In this document: positions 10,584 to 19,175 of the stretch, one piece after another | Position numbering within the stretch: position 1 is the first letter of the stretch | Layout of the letters: each line of letters starts with the position of its first letter | Assembly (NCBI GenBank): GCA_019244185.1 | Contig: JAFATB010000025.1 | Coordinates: 160,001 to 224,000 of the forward strand | DNA: 64,000 bases | From: Acidobacteriota bacterium | Lineage (GTDB): Bacteria; Acidobacteriota; Thermoanaerobaculia; Gp7-AA8 | Direction: 5' to 3' | Translations under genes and position numbers: made by a program | Notes under the pieces: generated by a model | What the model was told of the DNA's origin: nothing | The model's database searches: none | What the model saw: only the letters and a program-made list of their open reading frames with translations

Positions 10584-10604
10584 GTGCGAGCGCGATTCTA
10601 CAGC

Positions 10605-11294
10605 CTAATGCGTACCGAGATATTTCATCCCCGGAATGAGCGCCGGCACCATCGACTGCATGAACTGCGCGCCGAAGCCCCCTTTGAGCTTCGGTCCGCC
10701 GCGGCGTGCGGCGAAGATCACCGCGCGGTCCGACGAAGCGCCGTACGGCTTGCCGGAGTACACCGTCATCGCGCGGCGCACGTACTCGGTCGTCTCCGCG
10801 TACGGCGGCACGCCGCCGTACTTCAGCACCGCGCCTTCGCCGGCGTTGTACGCGGCGAGCACGCGCGGCAGGTCTTCGCGGAAGAGCTCCATGAGATACG
10901 AGAGGTACTGCACGCCGCCGGAGATGTTCTGCTCGGGATCGTGGATACGCGAGACGCCAAAACGCCGCGCCGTCTCCGGCATCAGCTGCATCAGTCCGCG
11001 CGCGCCTTTGTGCGAGACGCACTGCGGATCGAAATCGGATTCCACCTGAATCACCGCGCGCACCAGCGTCGCATCGACGTTGTACTGATCGGCGTAGCGC
11101 TGGATGATCTTGTCGAACTTCGAATGCCGGTCATGGCGTGCGGCGAGCCAGTGCAGATCGGAGAGATGCGGGTTCGTCGAGCCGCCGACGTTGTAGATCA
11201 CCTTCGAGCCGTCGGCCTTGATGCCGAGGCGAACGTCGGCGCCGACGGATGCGGCGAGCAGTGCGCTGCAGGCGATGGCGGCGATGACGCGCAT
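10605..11294 (-). CDS. lytic transglycosylase (SLT domain), secreted
   Basis: Signal peptide plus AVIQVES, GARGLMQLMP and LAAYNAG motifs. Confidence 0.92.
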   Translation of the reverse strand: MRVIAAIACSALLAASVGADVRLGIKADGSKVIYNVGGSTNPHLSDLHWLAARHDRHSKFDKIIQRYADQYNVDATLVRAVIQVESDFDPQCVSHKGARGLMQLMPETARRFGVSRIHDPEQNISGGVQYLSYLMELFREDLPRVLAAYNAGEGAVLKYGGVPPYAETTEYVRRAMTVYSGKPYGASSDRAVIFAARRGGPKLKGGFGAQFMQSMVPALIPGMKYLGTH

Positions 11295-11328
11295 TGCCGA
11301 AGATCGTACCACGGCGGAAAATGGCGCC

Positions 11329-11649
11329 ATGTCGTTCCGCCCGATGCAGGATGAAGTCGACGCGTGGATCTCGCAGTTCGAGGAAGGCTACTTCCCGCCG
11401 CTGCCGATGCTCGCGCGTCTCACCGAGGAAGTCGGCGAGCTCGCGCGCGCGCTGATGCATTACTACGGCGGCAAAAAGCCGAAGGAAGGTGAAGCGCACG
11501 GCGACGTCGGCGAGGAAATCGTCGACGCGATCTTCGTCCTCATCTGCCTCGCGAACTCGCTGAACATCGACCTCGATGCGCGCTTCGCGCAGATGATGGA
11601 GAAGTACCGCACGCGCGACGCGGAGCGCTGGACGAAGAAGCGCGTCTGA
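11329..11649 (+). CDS. MazG-like nucleotide pyrophosphohydrolase (YpjD-like)
   Basis: ARLTEEVGELAR...EEIVD...LAN motif. Confidence 0.88.
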   Translation: MSFRPMQDEVDAWISQFEEGYFPPLPMLARLTEEVGELARALMHYYGGKKPKEGEAHGDVGEEIVDAIFVLICLANSLNIDLDARFAQMMEKYRTRDAERWTKKRV

Positions 11650-11793
11650 CGGAAAACCGCGAGTTTTCTCCGAATCTCGTGGATTTGCGCTATCATCCTT
11701 CCATCCAAAAAACAGTTGTACTGCTCGCACCGCCGGCGCACGCCGGGGCCGAAGCGAGCATTCACCGGTCGACGCTGACCAAGGAGACCTTCG

Positions 11794-12165
11794 ATGGACG
11801 GCTTGCTGCGAGCGCTGATCAAGACCGTGCGCCGCCGTCTGCGCGCGGACGAGGAAGTGACGGTGGAAGCCGTCACGAAAGAACTGGGCTACACGCGGCA
11901 GTACATCTCGGGCCGCTTCCATCGCACGACCGGTCGCCTGCTCAGCCAGTTCCTCAAAGAGAAGCGACTCGAGAAAGCGGCGCGGCTGCTGAAAGCCGGC
12001 AACGTCCGCGTCTCGCAGGTCGCGCGCCGCTGCGGCTTCGATTCGGAGAACTACTTCCGCCAGCAGTTCCGCCTGCGCTACGGGATGTCGCCGCGCCAGT
12101 TCCGGACGAGCGGCACGTTGCGCGCGGCACCGCGGCGGATGCCGATCGCGATGGCTACTGCGTGA
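11794..12165 (+). CDS. AraC-family HTH regulator (DNA-binding domain only)
   Basis: RLEKAARLL...VSQVARRCGFDSENYFRQQFRLRYGMSPRQFR. AAGGAG RBS upstream. Confidence 0.88.
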   Translation: MDGLLRALIKTVRRRLRADEEVTVEAVTKELGYTRQYISGRFHRTTGRLLSQFLKEKRLEKAARLLKAGNVRVSQVARRCGFDSENYFRQQFRLRYGMSPRQFRTSGTLRAAPRRMPIAMATA

Positions 12166-12772
12166 CGCGCAGCGGCACGTCGAAGGCCGCCTCGATCCAC
12201 AGATAGCGCAGCGTGTTCGCGTCGTGCGCGCGCGTGCCGAGCGCGTAGCGCAGAAACAACAGCGTGCGCCGCAACGCGGAATGCGGCGCCGCCCGCTCGG
12301 CGAGATGGGCACGATGCTCGTCCGCCGTCGCGAACGTCACCGAGCGCAGCGGATGCGCGAGCCGCACGACGCTCCCCTGCACCGTCACCTCATCCCACTG
12401 CCCTTTGTTCGCGTGACGCAGATAGTTGCGGCGATGGAAGAAGCGCACTTCGCCGTCATCGGCGCCGACGTGCAGCGGCTTCCCCGCGTAAATCGGCAGC
12501 GCGCGAATGCGAAAGCCGCGCGCCTTCGCCGCGCTCGCCGCGTCGAAGAGCTCCTGCGCCAGCGCGTCGTCGACGGTCTCACGCTCGCGCACGATCAGGA
12601 TCCAGTCCGCGCTCGCGGCGTCCACCGCACGATTGAACTCCGCGCGATGCTTCGAAAGCGCGTCGCGCGGCGGGATGTCGAGCACGAGCTGTTCGACATG
12701 CTCGAAGCGCGTCGTCAGCGCCTGCAACTCCTCGGCATGCACATGGCCGAGGGCGATGATCGAGAGACGCAC
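12155..12772 (-). CDS. degenerate GT2-like protein
   Basis: FNRAVDAASADWILIV...VRFFHR...RLAHPL resembles WaaE-type GT2, but the DxD motif is missing. Confidence 0.5.
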   Translation of the reverse strand: MRLSIIALGHVHAEELQALTTRFEHVEQLVLDIPPRDALSKHRAEFNRAVDAASADWILIVRERETVDDALAQELFDAASAAKARGFRIRALPIYAGKPLHVGADDGEVRFFHRRNYLRHANKGQWDEVTVQGSVVRLAHPLRSVTFATADEHRAHLAERAAPHSALRRTLLFLRYALGTRAHDANTLRYLWIEAAFDVPLRVTQ

Positions 12773-12786
12773 GGCCGCAACGCGCC

Positions 12787-13575
12787 TTAGTCGCCGACGT
12801 CTTCGCGCACGCGCACGATGCGCACCGCGCGTCCGGTCGTCTCGTCGACCTCGATGAGCACGCCGGAGAGGCGGATGTCGCGCTTCGCGACCTCGAGCTT
12901 GCGCGGCGTGTTCATGAGAAACCGATGCAGCGCCTCGTCGGGACGAAAGCCGATCACCGAGTCGTACGCGCCGGTCATGCCGACGTCCGTCTGATACGCG
13001 GTGCCGTTCGGCAGGATGCGCTCGTCCGCCGTCGGCACGTGCGTGTGCGTGCCGACGACGGCGGAGACGCGACCGTCGAGATAGCGGCCGAACGCCTGCT
13101 TCTCCGACGACGCCTCGCCGTGGATGTCGACGATGATCACCTTCGCCGCGCCGCCGAGCTCCGCGAGCTCGCGGTCGGCGCAGTAGAACGGGTTGTCGAT
13201 CGGCGGCATGAACACGTTGCCCATGAACTGCAGCACCGCCACGTTCACGCCGCCCGCCGTCTGCCGCACGACTTTCCCCTTGCCCGGATTTCCGGCCGGA
13301 TAGTTCGCCGGCCGGATCACCTGCGGGTACTGGTCGTAGTTGTCGACGAAGTCCTTCTTGTCCCAGATGTGATTGCCCGACGTGTACGCGTTGATGGGCA
13401 GGTCCGACAGCTCTTCGATGATGGCCTCGGTCACGCCGAAGCCGCCCGCCGCGTTCTCGATGTTCACGATCGTGAAATCGACGCGCTCGCGGTCGACGAC
13501 CGTCTCGAGCTTCTGCCGCAGCGCACGGCGTCCCGGCTGCCCGACGACGTCACCGATGTAGAGGATGTTGACCAT
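12787..13575 (-). CDS. ymdB: YmdB-family metallophosphoesterase
   Basis: GDVVG, ENAAGG, TSGNH, DIHGEASSEK, GTHTHVPTAD and TDVGMTG. Canonical position after rny. Confidence 0.92.
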   Translation of the reverse strand: MVNILYIGDVVGQPGRRALRQKLETVVDRERVDFTIVNIENAAGGFGVTEAIIEELSDLPINAYTSGNHIWDKKDFVDNYDQYPQVIRPANYPAGNPGKGKVVRQTAGGVNVAVLQFMGNVFMPPIDNPFYCADRELAELGGAAKVIIVDIHGEASSEKQAFGRYLDGRVSAVVGTHTHVPTADERILPNGTAYQTDVGMTGAYDSVIGFRPDEALHRFLMNTPRKLEVAKRDIRLSGVLIEVDETTGRAVRIVRVREDVGD

Positions 13576-13578
13576 GAA

Positions 13579-15150
13579 TTACTTCGCGTACTCCGTCGCG
13601 CGCATCTCGCGGATCACCGTGACTTTGATCTGTCCCGGGTACTGCAGCTCGGACTCGATCTTCCGCGCCACGTCCTTCGAGAGCCAGATCGACTGCTCGT
13701 CGGTGATCTTCTCCGAGTTCACGATGATGCGAAGCTCGCGCCCTGCCTGAATGGCGAAGCTCTTCGAGACGCCGTCCATCGAGTTCGCGATCGACTCGAG
13801 CCGTTCCAGACGATGCACGTAGTTCTCGAGAATCTCACGCCGCGCGCCGGGGCGTGCCGCGGAGAGCGCGTCGGCGGCGTTGACGAGCACGGCTTCGACC
13901 GTCGTCGGATCGTAGTCGCCGTGATGGCACTCCATCGCGTGGATGATCTCGCGCTTCTCGCCGTACTTGTCGAGCACCTGGCGGCCGAGCTCGAGATGCG
14001 TGCCTTCCATCTCGCGGTCGATCGCCTTGCCGATGTCGTGCAGTAGTCCGCCGCGCTTCGCGATGGTGTCGTTGACGCCGAGCTCCACGGCCATGAGCGC
14101 CGCGAGTTGCGCGACTTCGAGCGAATGCACGAGCACGTTCTGGCCGTACGACGTGCGGTAGCGCAGACGGCCGAGGAGCTTGAGGATCTCCGGATGGATG
14201 TCGGTGATGCCGAGCGAGAACGCCGCGGCCTCGCCCTCCTCGAAGAGCTTCTGGTCGAGCTCCTGCCGGACCTTGTCGACGAGCTCCTCGATGCGCGCAG
14301 GATGAATGCGGCCGTCCTGCATGAGGCGCTCGAGCGAAATGCGCGCGATCTCGCGGCGGATCGGATCGAAGCCGGAGAGGATGACCGCTTCCGGCGTGTC
14401 GTCGACGATGAGGTCGACGCCGGTCGCGAGCTCGAGCGCGCGGATGTTGCGTCCCTCGCGGCCGATGATGCGGCCCTTCATGTCTTCACTCGGTAGATCG
14501 ACGACGGAGACGGTGTTCTCGGCGACGTAATCCGAGGCCATGCGCTGGATGGCCATGCCGAGGATCTTCTTCGCCTTCTGGTTGCCGAGCTCCGTGGCCT
14601 CGCTCTCGATGCGCTTGATGATGTTCGCGGCTTCGAGCTTCGCTTCGTTCTCGATGCCGCGGATCAGCTCGCGCTTGGCCTCGTCGACGGTGAGGCCGGC
14701 CACTTGTTCGAGGCGGTGGCGCTGCGCTTCGACGAGCTCGTCGAGCTCTGTCTCGCGCGCTTCGACGCGCTTTTCGCGGTCGCCGAGGCTGCGGTCGCGC
14801 TTCTCGACTTCCGTGATGCGGCTGTCGATCTGCTGCGTTTTCTTGTCGAGGCTTTCTTCTTTCTGCTGCAGGCGCCGTTCGACCGACTTGATTTCGTCGC
14901 GGCGCTGCTGCGCCTGCTTGTCGAACTCCGAGCGCATCTGGAGGAGTTTTTCCTTCGCCTCCAGATTGGCTTCTTTGACGCGCGCCTCGGCCTGCTTCTT
15001 CGCGTCGTCGACGATGCGGTCCGCGGTGCGGCGCGCTTCTTCGAGCTGCGCCTCCGCGCGCTTGCGGTAGATGGCTGACCAGACGGCAGCCAACACGACG
15101 GCGAGGACGATTCCTACGCCGATCGCGATCAAGACCTGGATGATGTTCAT
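13579..15150 (-). CDS. rny: ribonuclease Y
   Basis: N-terminal TM and coiled coil, KH domain ([13 protein letters not shown]), HD domain (LLHDIGK), [12 protein letters not shown]. Confidence 0.97.
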   Translation of the reverse strand: MNIIQVLIAIGVGIVLAVVLAAVWSAIYRKRAEAQLEEARRTADRIVDDAKKQAEARVKEANLEAKEKLLQMRSEFDKQAQQRRDEIKSVERRLQQKEESLDKKTQQIDSRITEVEKRDRSLGDREKRVEARETELDELVEAQRHRLEQVAGLTVDEAKRELIRGIENEAKLEAANIIKRIESEATELGNQKAKKILGMAIQRMASDYVAENTVSVVDLPSEDMKGRIIGREGRNIRALELATGVDLIVDDTPEAVILSGFDPIRREIARISLERLMQDGRIHPARIEELVDKVRQELDQKLFEEGEAAAFSLGITDIHPEILKLLGRLRYRTSYGQNVLVHSLEVAQLAALMAVELGVNDTIAKRGGLLHDIGKAIDREMEGTHLELGRQVLDKYGEKREIIHAMECHHGDYDPTTVEAVLVNAADALSAARPGARREILENYVHRLERLESIANSMDGVSKSFAIQAGRELRIIVNSEKITDEQSIWLSKDVARKIESELQYPGQIKVTVIREMRATEYAK

Positions 15151-15190
15151 CAAACCTCCGCGTCGGGAGGCTTGCGCTGAAGAGGAAAGA

Positions 15191-15400
15191 TTTCGGAGTA
15201 CCCCGCCTGAGCCGTGTGGAGGATTCTTACCTGAACCTGTACATGACAGGTGGGCGCCCTACTCGTGCCGTTTTGGCTACCTTCTGAGGTCCCACTGCGG
15301 GACGAAGGCGTGCACGCGACCCGAGACGCGAGCTACCCGAGATAAGAAGTACGGTTCAAGTGCTAGATCGTGCATCACGAACTCTGCAGGGCCTCCGAAA
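15191..15400 (-). ncRNA. ssrS: 6S RNA
   Basis: About 210 nt between zapA and rny, the conserved 6S location. Ends are self-complementary (TTTCGGAG...CTCCGAAA). Internal pairings CCCTGC/GCGGGG and TGAACC/GGTTCA fit the 6S rod structure. Confidence 0.85.
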
Positions 15401-15423
15401 CGATTACGACTACGTCAGTTTGC

Positions 15424-15726
15424 TCAGCCTATTACCTCGCTGAGACGATCTGATATTTCCTCTGTTCTCTCGATCCAAATTCCCGCGGCATCCTCCCGCT
15501 GTCTCCGGTATCTCGAGAACTCGTCGGCTATGTTGAGAGCCGCCAGGATGGCGATTTTCATCGGGTCGACCGTGGCAACCTGCGACGCGACCTCACGCAT
15601 CCGGGCATCGACAAACCGCGCAAGCTCCTCTAAATAGTCCGGGTTTCCCTCGCCGCGAACGTTGTACGTCTGACCGAAGATCTCGACGCCAGTCGAGGCG
15701 TTGGTCGAGTCGTATTTCGCGTCCAT
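15424..15726 (-). CDS. zapA: cell division protein ZapA
   Basis: VEIFGQTYNV...LARFVDARM...IAILAALNIADE. Confidence 0.92.
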   Translation of the reverse strand: MDAKYDSTNASTGVEIFGQTYNVRGEGNPDYLEELARFVDARMREVASQVATVDPMKIAILAALNIADEFSRYRRQREDAAGIWIERTEEISDRLSEVIG

Positions 15727-15914
15727 GGAGAAAGTTAACCCGAGACGGCGCGGATTATAGCAGGAGTCGCGCGCCGTTCACTCCGCACCGCTGCCGGACG
15801 CGCCGCGAGGGTCCGCGGCGTCTCGCCCTACGACATGAAAACGGCCGCCGGCGCCGCGCAATCGCGCCTAATGTGACCTCGTCCGCGCATGGTCTCAGGC
15901 ATAATCTCCCCATC

Positions 15915-15943
15915 TTGCTTACGCCCGATTACCGCCGTAACTT
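15915..15943 (+). promoter_or_regulatory. putative sigma70 promoter of the imuA operon with overlapping palindrome
   Basis: TTGCTT-17bp-TAACTT. A TTAC-N4-GTAA palindrome at 15929-15940 overlaps the -10 box. Confidence 0.5.
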
Positions 15944-15952
15944 ATGGGAGTC

Positions 15953-16840
15953 ATGTCCGCCACAGCGCGCTCTTTTCTAAGACAGACTTCCCTCCTCGAC
16001 CTCGAGGCGGAACGCCCGAAACCCACCCTTCCCGCTTCTCCACAAAATGTAGAGAAGTCCCTGCAGAGAGAAGACGTTGCACGCCTTCGCGCGTCGCTCC
16101 AGGGCACCGCCGCGGCGAAGGTGATGAACGCCACCGAGCTCCTCCGCGCGCTCGAGAAAGAACGCCGCGATGAGCTCATCCCGACGACGCTCGATCCGTT
16201 CGACGAGCTCCTCGGCGGCGGACTGCCGCGCGGGAAGATGGTCGAGCTCACCGGACGCCGCGGCGCCGGCCGCTTCTCGATCGTCCTCTCCGCCCTCGCC
16301 GCCGCGACCAGTATGGGCGAAGCAGCCGTGCTCGTCGATCTCGGCGATCACCTCGACCCGCAGCTCGCCGAGGCGAATGGTGTGGATCTGCGCCGCCTGC
16401 TCTGGATCCGCCCGAAGACGCTCAAGCAGGCGGTGATGAGCGTCGAGATGATCGCCGCGACCGGCTTTCAACTCGTCGTGCTCGACACGGGACTGCACCC
16501 GATGCGCGGACGCCGCGTGCCCGACGCCGCATGGGTGCGCCTCGCGCGGACCGCGGAAGCCCACGGCGCGGCGATGCTCGTCTCGACGCCGTACCCGCTC
16601 ACCGGCACCGCCTCGGAAGCCGTGATCGTCGCCGAACGCACCCGCGCGCAATGGCTCGGCCGCGGCGCCGCTCCCCGCGTCCTCGCCGGAATGACGACCG
16701 TGCTGCGCCTCGAGAAGCACCGCCACCGCAAGCCCGGCACCCACGCGACGCTGACGCTGCGCGCCGAAGACGCCGTGCCGCCGACCGCGGCCGTGCGGCA
16801 GATGGATGAGCTGAGCCCGCGCGAGAGGAAGCGTGCGTGA
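15953..16840 (+). CDS. imuA: ImuA / RecA-like mutagenesis cassette protein
   Basis: LLGGGLPRGKMVEL, degenerate Walker A (GRRGAGRFS), GVDLRRLLWIRP, LVVLD. First gene before imuB-dnaE2. Confidence 0.8.
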   Translation: MSATARSFLRQTSLLDLEAERPKPTLPASPQNVEKSLQREDVARLRASLQGTAAAKVMNATELLRALEKERRDELIPTTLDPFDELLGGGLPRGKMVELTGRRGAGRFSIVLSALAAATSMGEAAVLVDLGDHLDPQLAEANGVDLRRLLWIRPKTLKQAVMSVEMIAATGFQLVVLDTGLHPMRGRRVPDAAWVRLARTAEAHGAAMLVSTPYPLTGTASEAVIVAERTRAQWLGRGAAPRVLAGMTTVLRLEKHRHRKPGTHATLTLRAEDAVPPTAAVRQMDELSPRERKRA

Positions 16841-16859
16841 GGGGACTCAGGACGCACGC

Positions 16860-17200
16860 ATGAGTCGCATCGCCTACCTCGACGCGCCGCGCCTTCACGC
16901 GCCGCGCTCCACGCCACGCGTCCGTGCGGCCGCAGCCACGCGCCGCGCGCCGTTCCGCGTCGAACGCGCGCGCTGCTCCCCGCGCGCCAGTGAAGCCGCG
17001 TCGCGCACGAGGATGCGCGGATGAGCCGCATCGCCTGCATCCACACGCTGCGTCTCCACGCGCGGCACTCTGCTCTCGCCGCACACGCGACGCCGCGCGC
17101 GCGGAGGTCCGCAGCGATACGCCGCGAGCTCCGCGTCGAACGCGCGCGCTGCTCCCCGCGCGCCACCGCGGCCGCCTCGCGCACGAGGACGCGCGGATGA
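16860..17200 (+). repeat. two imperfect tandem units, each starting with a copy of the imuB 5' end and forming ATGA-coupled mini-ORFs
   Basis: ATGAG(T/C)CGCATCGCCT at 16860, 17021 and 17197. Both units share CCGCGTCGAACGCGCGCGCTGCTCCCCGCGCGCCA and TCGCGCACGAGGA(T/C)GCGCGGATGA. Confidence 0.85.
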
Positions 17201-18705
17201 GCCGCATCGCCTGCATCCATGTCCCTCTCTTCCCCCTTGCCGCGCGGCTGCGCAGCGAGCCGGATCTGCTCAACGAGGCGCTCGCGATCGTCGAAGGCAA
17301 CGGGGGCGGCGCGCATGTCGTCGCGGCCACGCGGCGCGCGCGGACGAAAGGCATCCGTCCCGGCCTCTCGCTCGCGCAAGCGCGCTCGATCCTGCCGAAG
17401 CTGATCGCGCGCGGACGCGACGTCGAATGCGAGCGCACGGCGCAGGAAGCGCTGCTCGAAGTCGCGGAGACGTTCTCGCCGCGCGTCGAGGACGCCGGCG
17501 ACGGCATGGTCTTCATCGACGTCGCGGGGATGGAGCGCCACTTCGCCGACGAGACGGAGCTCGCGAAAGCAGCCATCCGCGCCGCTGACAGCGTCGGACT
17601 GCCCGCGCGCTGCGGCATCGCCGCGAGCAAGCTCGCCGCGCGCGTCGCGGCCGAGCTGCCGAAATCGCCGACCATCGTCGCGCCCGGCGAGGAAGCGAAG
17701 TTCCTCGCGCCGCTGCCGCTCGTGCGCCTCTCGCCGGAGCTCGACGCCGCGTCGACGTTGCAACGCTGGGGACTCTCGTCGATCGGTGACCTCGCGCGCC
17801 TCCCCGAATCGGAAGTCGCCTCGCGCCTCGGCGAGCTCGGACGCGAGCTGCATTACGCCGCGCGCGGCATCGATCCGCGTCCGCTCATCCCGCGCGCGCT
17901 GCCGCCGGAGTTCCGCGAAGGGATGGAGCTCGAATGGCCGCTCGTCGCGCTCGATCCCTTCCTCTTCATCGCGTCGTCCGCGCTCGACCGCCTCGCGAAG
18001 CGCCTCGAGATGCAAGGCCTCGCCTGCCGCCGTCTCGAGCTGACGATGAACCTCGAGCCGGACGGCTTTCACGCGCGCGGCATCGACCTCCCCGCGCCGA
18101 CACGCGACGTGAAGACGATGCTCACGCTGCTGCGGCTCGATCTCGAGAAGACGCCGCCGGGCGCGCCGGTCGTCGGCTTCTCGCTCGTCGCGCATCCCGA
18201 CCGCCCGCGCCGCGCGCAGCTGTCGCTCTTCGGTCCCGCGGCGCTGTCGCCGGAGAAGCTCGCCACGACGATCGCGAAGCTCGTGGCCATGCTCGGCGAC
18301 GAGCGCGTCGGCGTCCCGATGACCGTCGACGGACATCTCCCCGACCGCTACGCCATCGGCGCGTACGAGCCTCCGCCGCCGCCCGAGCTGCGCCGCAAGC
18401 CGCGCAAGAGCCGCGGCCTTCTCGCCGTGCGCGTCTTCCGCCCGCCGATCCCGATCGAAGTCCTCACCCGCCCCTCCCGCCCCGGCGAGCCGGGCGAAGT
18501 GCAGATCACCGCCCTCCGGGGCGAAGGCGACCTCTCCGGCGACGTCCGCACCTGCGCCGGCCCCTGGCAATGCGAGGAAGGCTGGTGGCGCGACACCCCG
18601 CTCGACCGCGCGTACTGGGACGTCGAGCTGTCGCGAGGCAAGAGCTACCGGGTGTATCGGGATGGAGGGGAGAGCGGGTGGTATGTGGAGGCGGGGTACG
18701 AGTAG
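17197..18705 (+). CDS. imuB: ImuB, inactive Y-family DNA polymerase
   Basis: MSRIACIHVPLFPL, FSPRVE, FLAPLPL, QLSLF beta-clamp motif, GPW..EEGWW..RAYWDV tail. Confidence 0.9.
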   Translation: MSRIACIHVPLFPLAARLRSEPDLLNEALAIVEGNGGGAHVVAATRRARTKGIRPGLSLAQARSILPKLIARGRDVECERTAQEALLEVAETFSPRVEDAGDGMVFIDVAGMERHFADETELAKAAIRAADSVGLPARCGIAASKLAARVAAELPKSPTIVAPGEEAKFLAPLPLVRLSPELDAASTLQRWGLSSIGDLARLPESEVASRLGELGRELHYAARGIDPRPLIPRALPPEFREGMELEWPLVALDPFLFIASSALDRLAKRLEMQGLACRRLELTMNLEPDGFHARGIDLPAPTRDVKTMLTLLRLDLEKTPPGAPVVGFSLVAHPDRPRRAQLSLFGPAALSPEKLATTIAKLVAMLGDERVGVPMTVDGHLPDRYAIGAYEPPPPPELRRKPRKSRGLLAVRVFRPPIPIEVLTRPSRPGEPGEVQITALRGEGDLSGDVRTCAGPWQCEEGWWRDTPLDRAYWDVELSRGKSYRVYRDGGESGWYVEAGYE

Positions 18706-18720
18706 GGGATATGGGGAGTA

Positions 18721-19174
18721 GAGAAAAAGCTGAATGAAGAACGCAGAACGCAGAATGAAGAATTGAGAAATGAAGGATATTCATGAGCGGACGTTCGAGT
18801 TTGCGTGCCGCGTCGTGCGGCTGCATCAGGCGCTGATGAAACGTCGCGGTGCGGATCGGACGATTGCGAACCAATTGCTGCGTGCTGCGACCAGCGTTGG
18901 ATCCAATCTCGAAGAAGCCAAGGCGGGACAGAGTCGCGCGGACTTCCTCGCGAAAGCACGCATCTCGCTCAAAGAAGCACGTGAGTCGCACTATTGGCTG
19001 CGCCTCATCGAAGCAACGGAGTTACTCGCCGCGAAACAGATTCACCCGCTCACGGAAGAAGCCAACGAGATCGTCGCCGTCCTGACCGCAATCATCAAAA
19101 AAGCCAGCACGTCCCCTCGTCCCCTTTCTTAATTCTTCATTCTGCGTTCTGCGTTCTTCATTCGGTTTTCTCTC
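18721..19174 (+). mobile_element. palindromic heptamer-repeat element carrying a four-helix-bundle gene (full copy A)
   Basis: 50-bp inverted arms at 18721-18770 and 19125-19174, 46/50 complementary, built from GAATGAA/GAACGCA units. They enclose one ORF and sit between imuB and dnaE2. Mobility is inferred. Confidence 0.7.
18770..19132 (+). CDS. four helix bundle protein (23S rRNA IVS protein / Avd-like family)
   Basis: ERTFEFA...IANQLLRAATSVGSNLEEA...SRADF..K..ISLKEARESHYWLRLI is the family signature. Lower GC than its neighbours. Confidence 0.9.
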   Translation: MKDIHERTFEFACRVVRLHQALMKRRGADRTIANQLLRAATSVGSNLEEAKAGQSRADFLAKARISLKEARESHYWLRLIEATELLAAKQIHPLTEEANEIVAVLTAIIKKASTSPRPLS

Positions 19175-19175
19175 C

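Noticed and set aside
12787-15726. zapA-6S-rny-ymdB arrangement as a novelty
   Set aside because: This is well-known conserved synteny.
16924-17196. N-terminal extension of ImuB in the ORF track
   Set aside because: It is low-complexity read-through across the duplicated units. Family-like sequence and an RBS start at ATG 17197.
18721-19174. Diversity-generating retroelement (Avd-like gene)
   Set aside because: No reverse transcriptase and no TR/VR pair differing at adenines was seen in the window.
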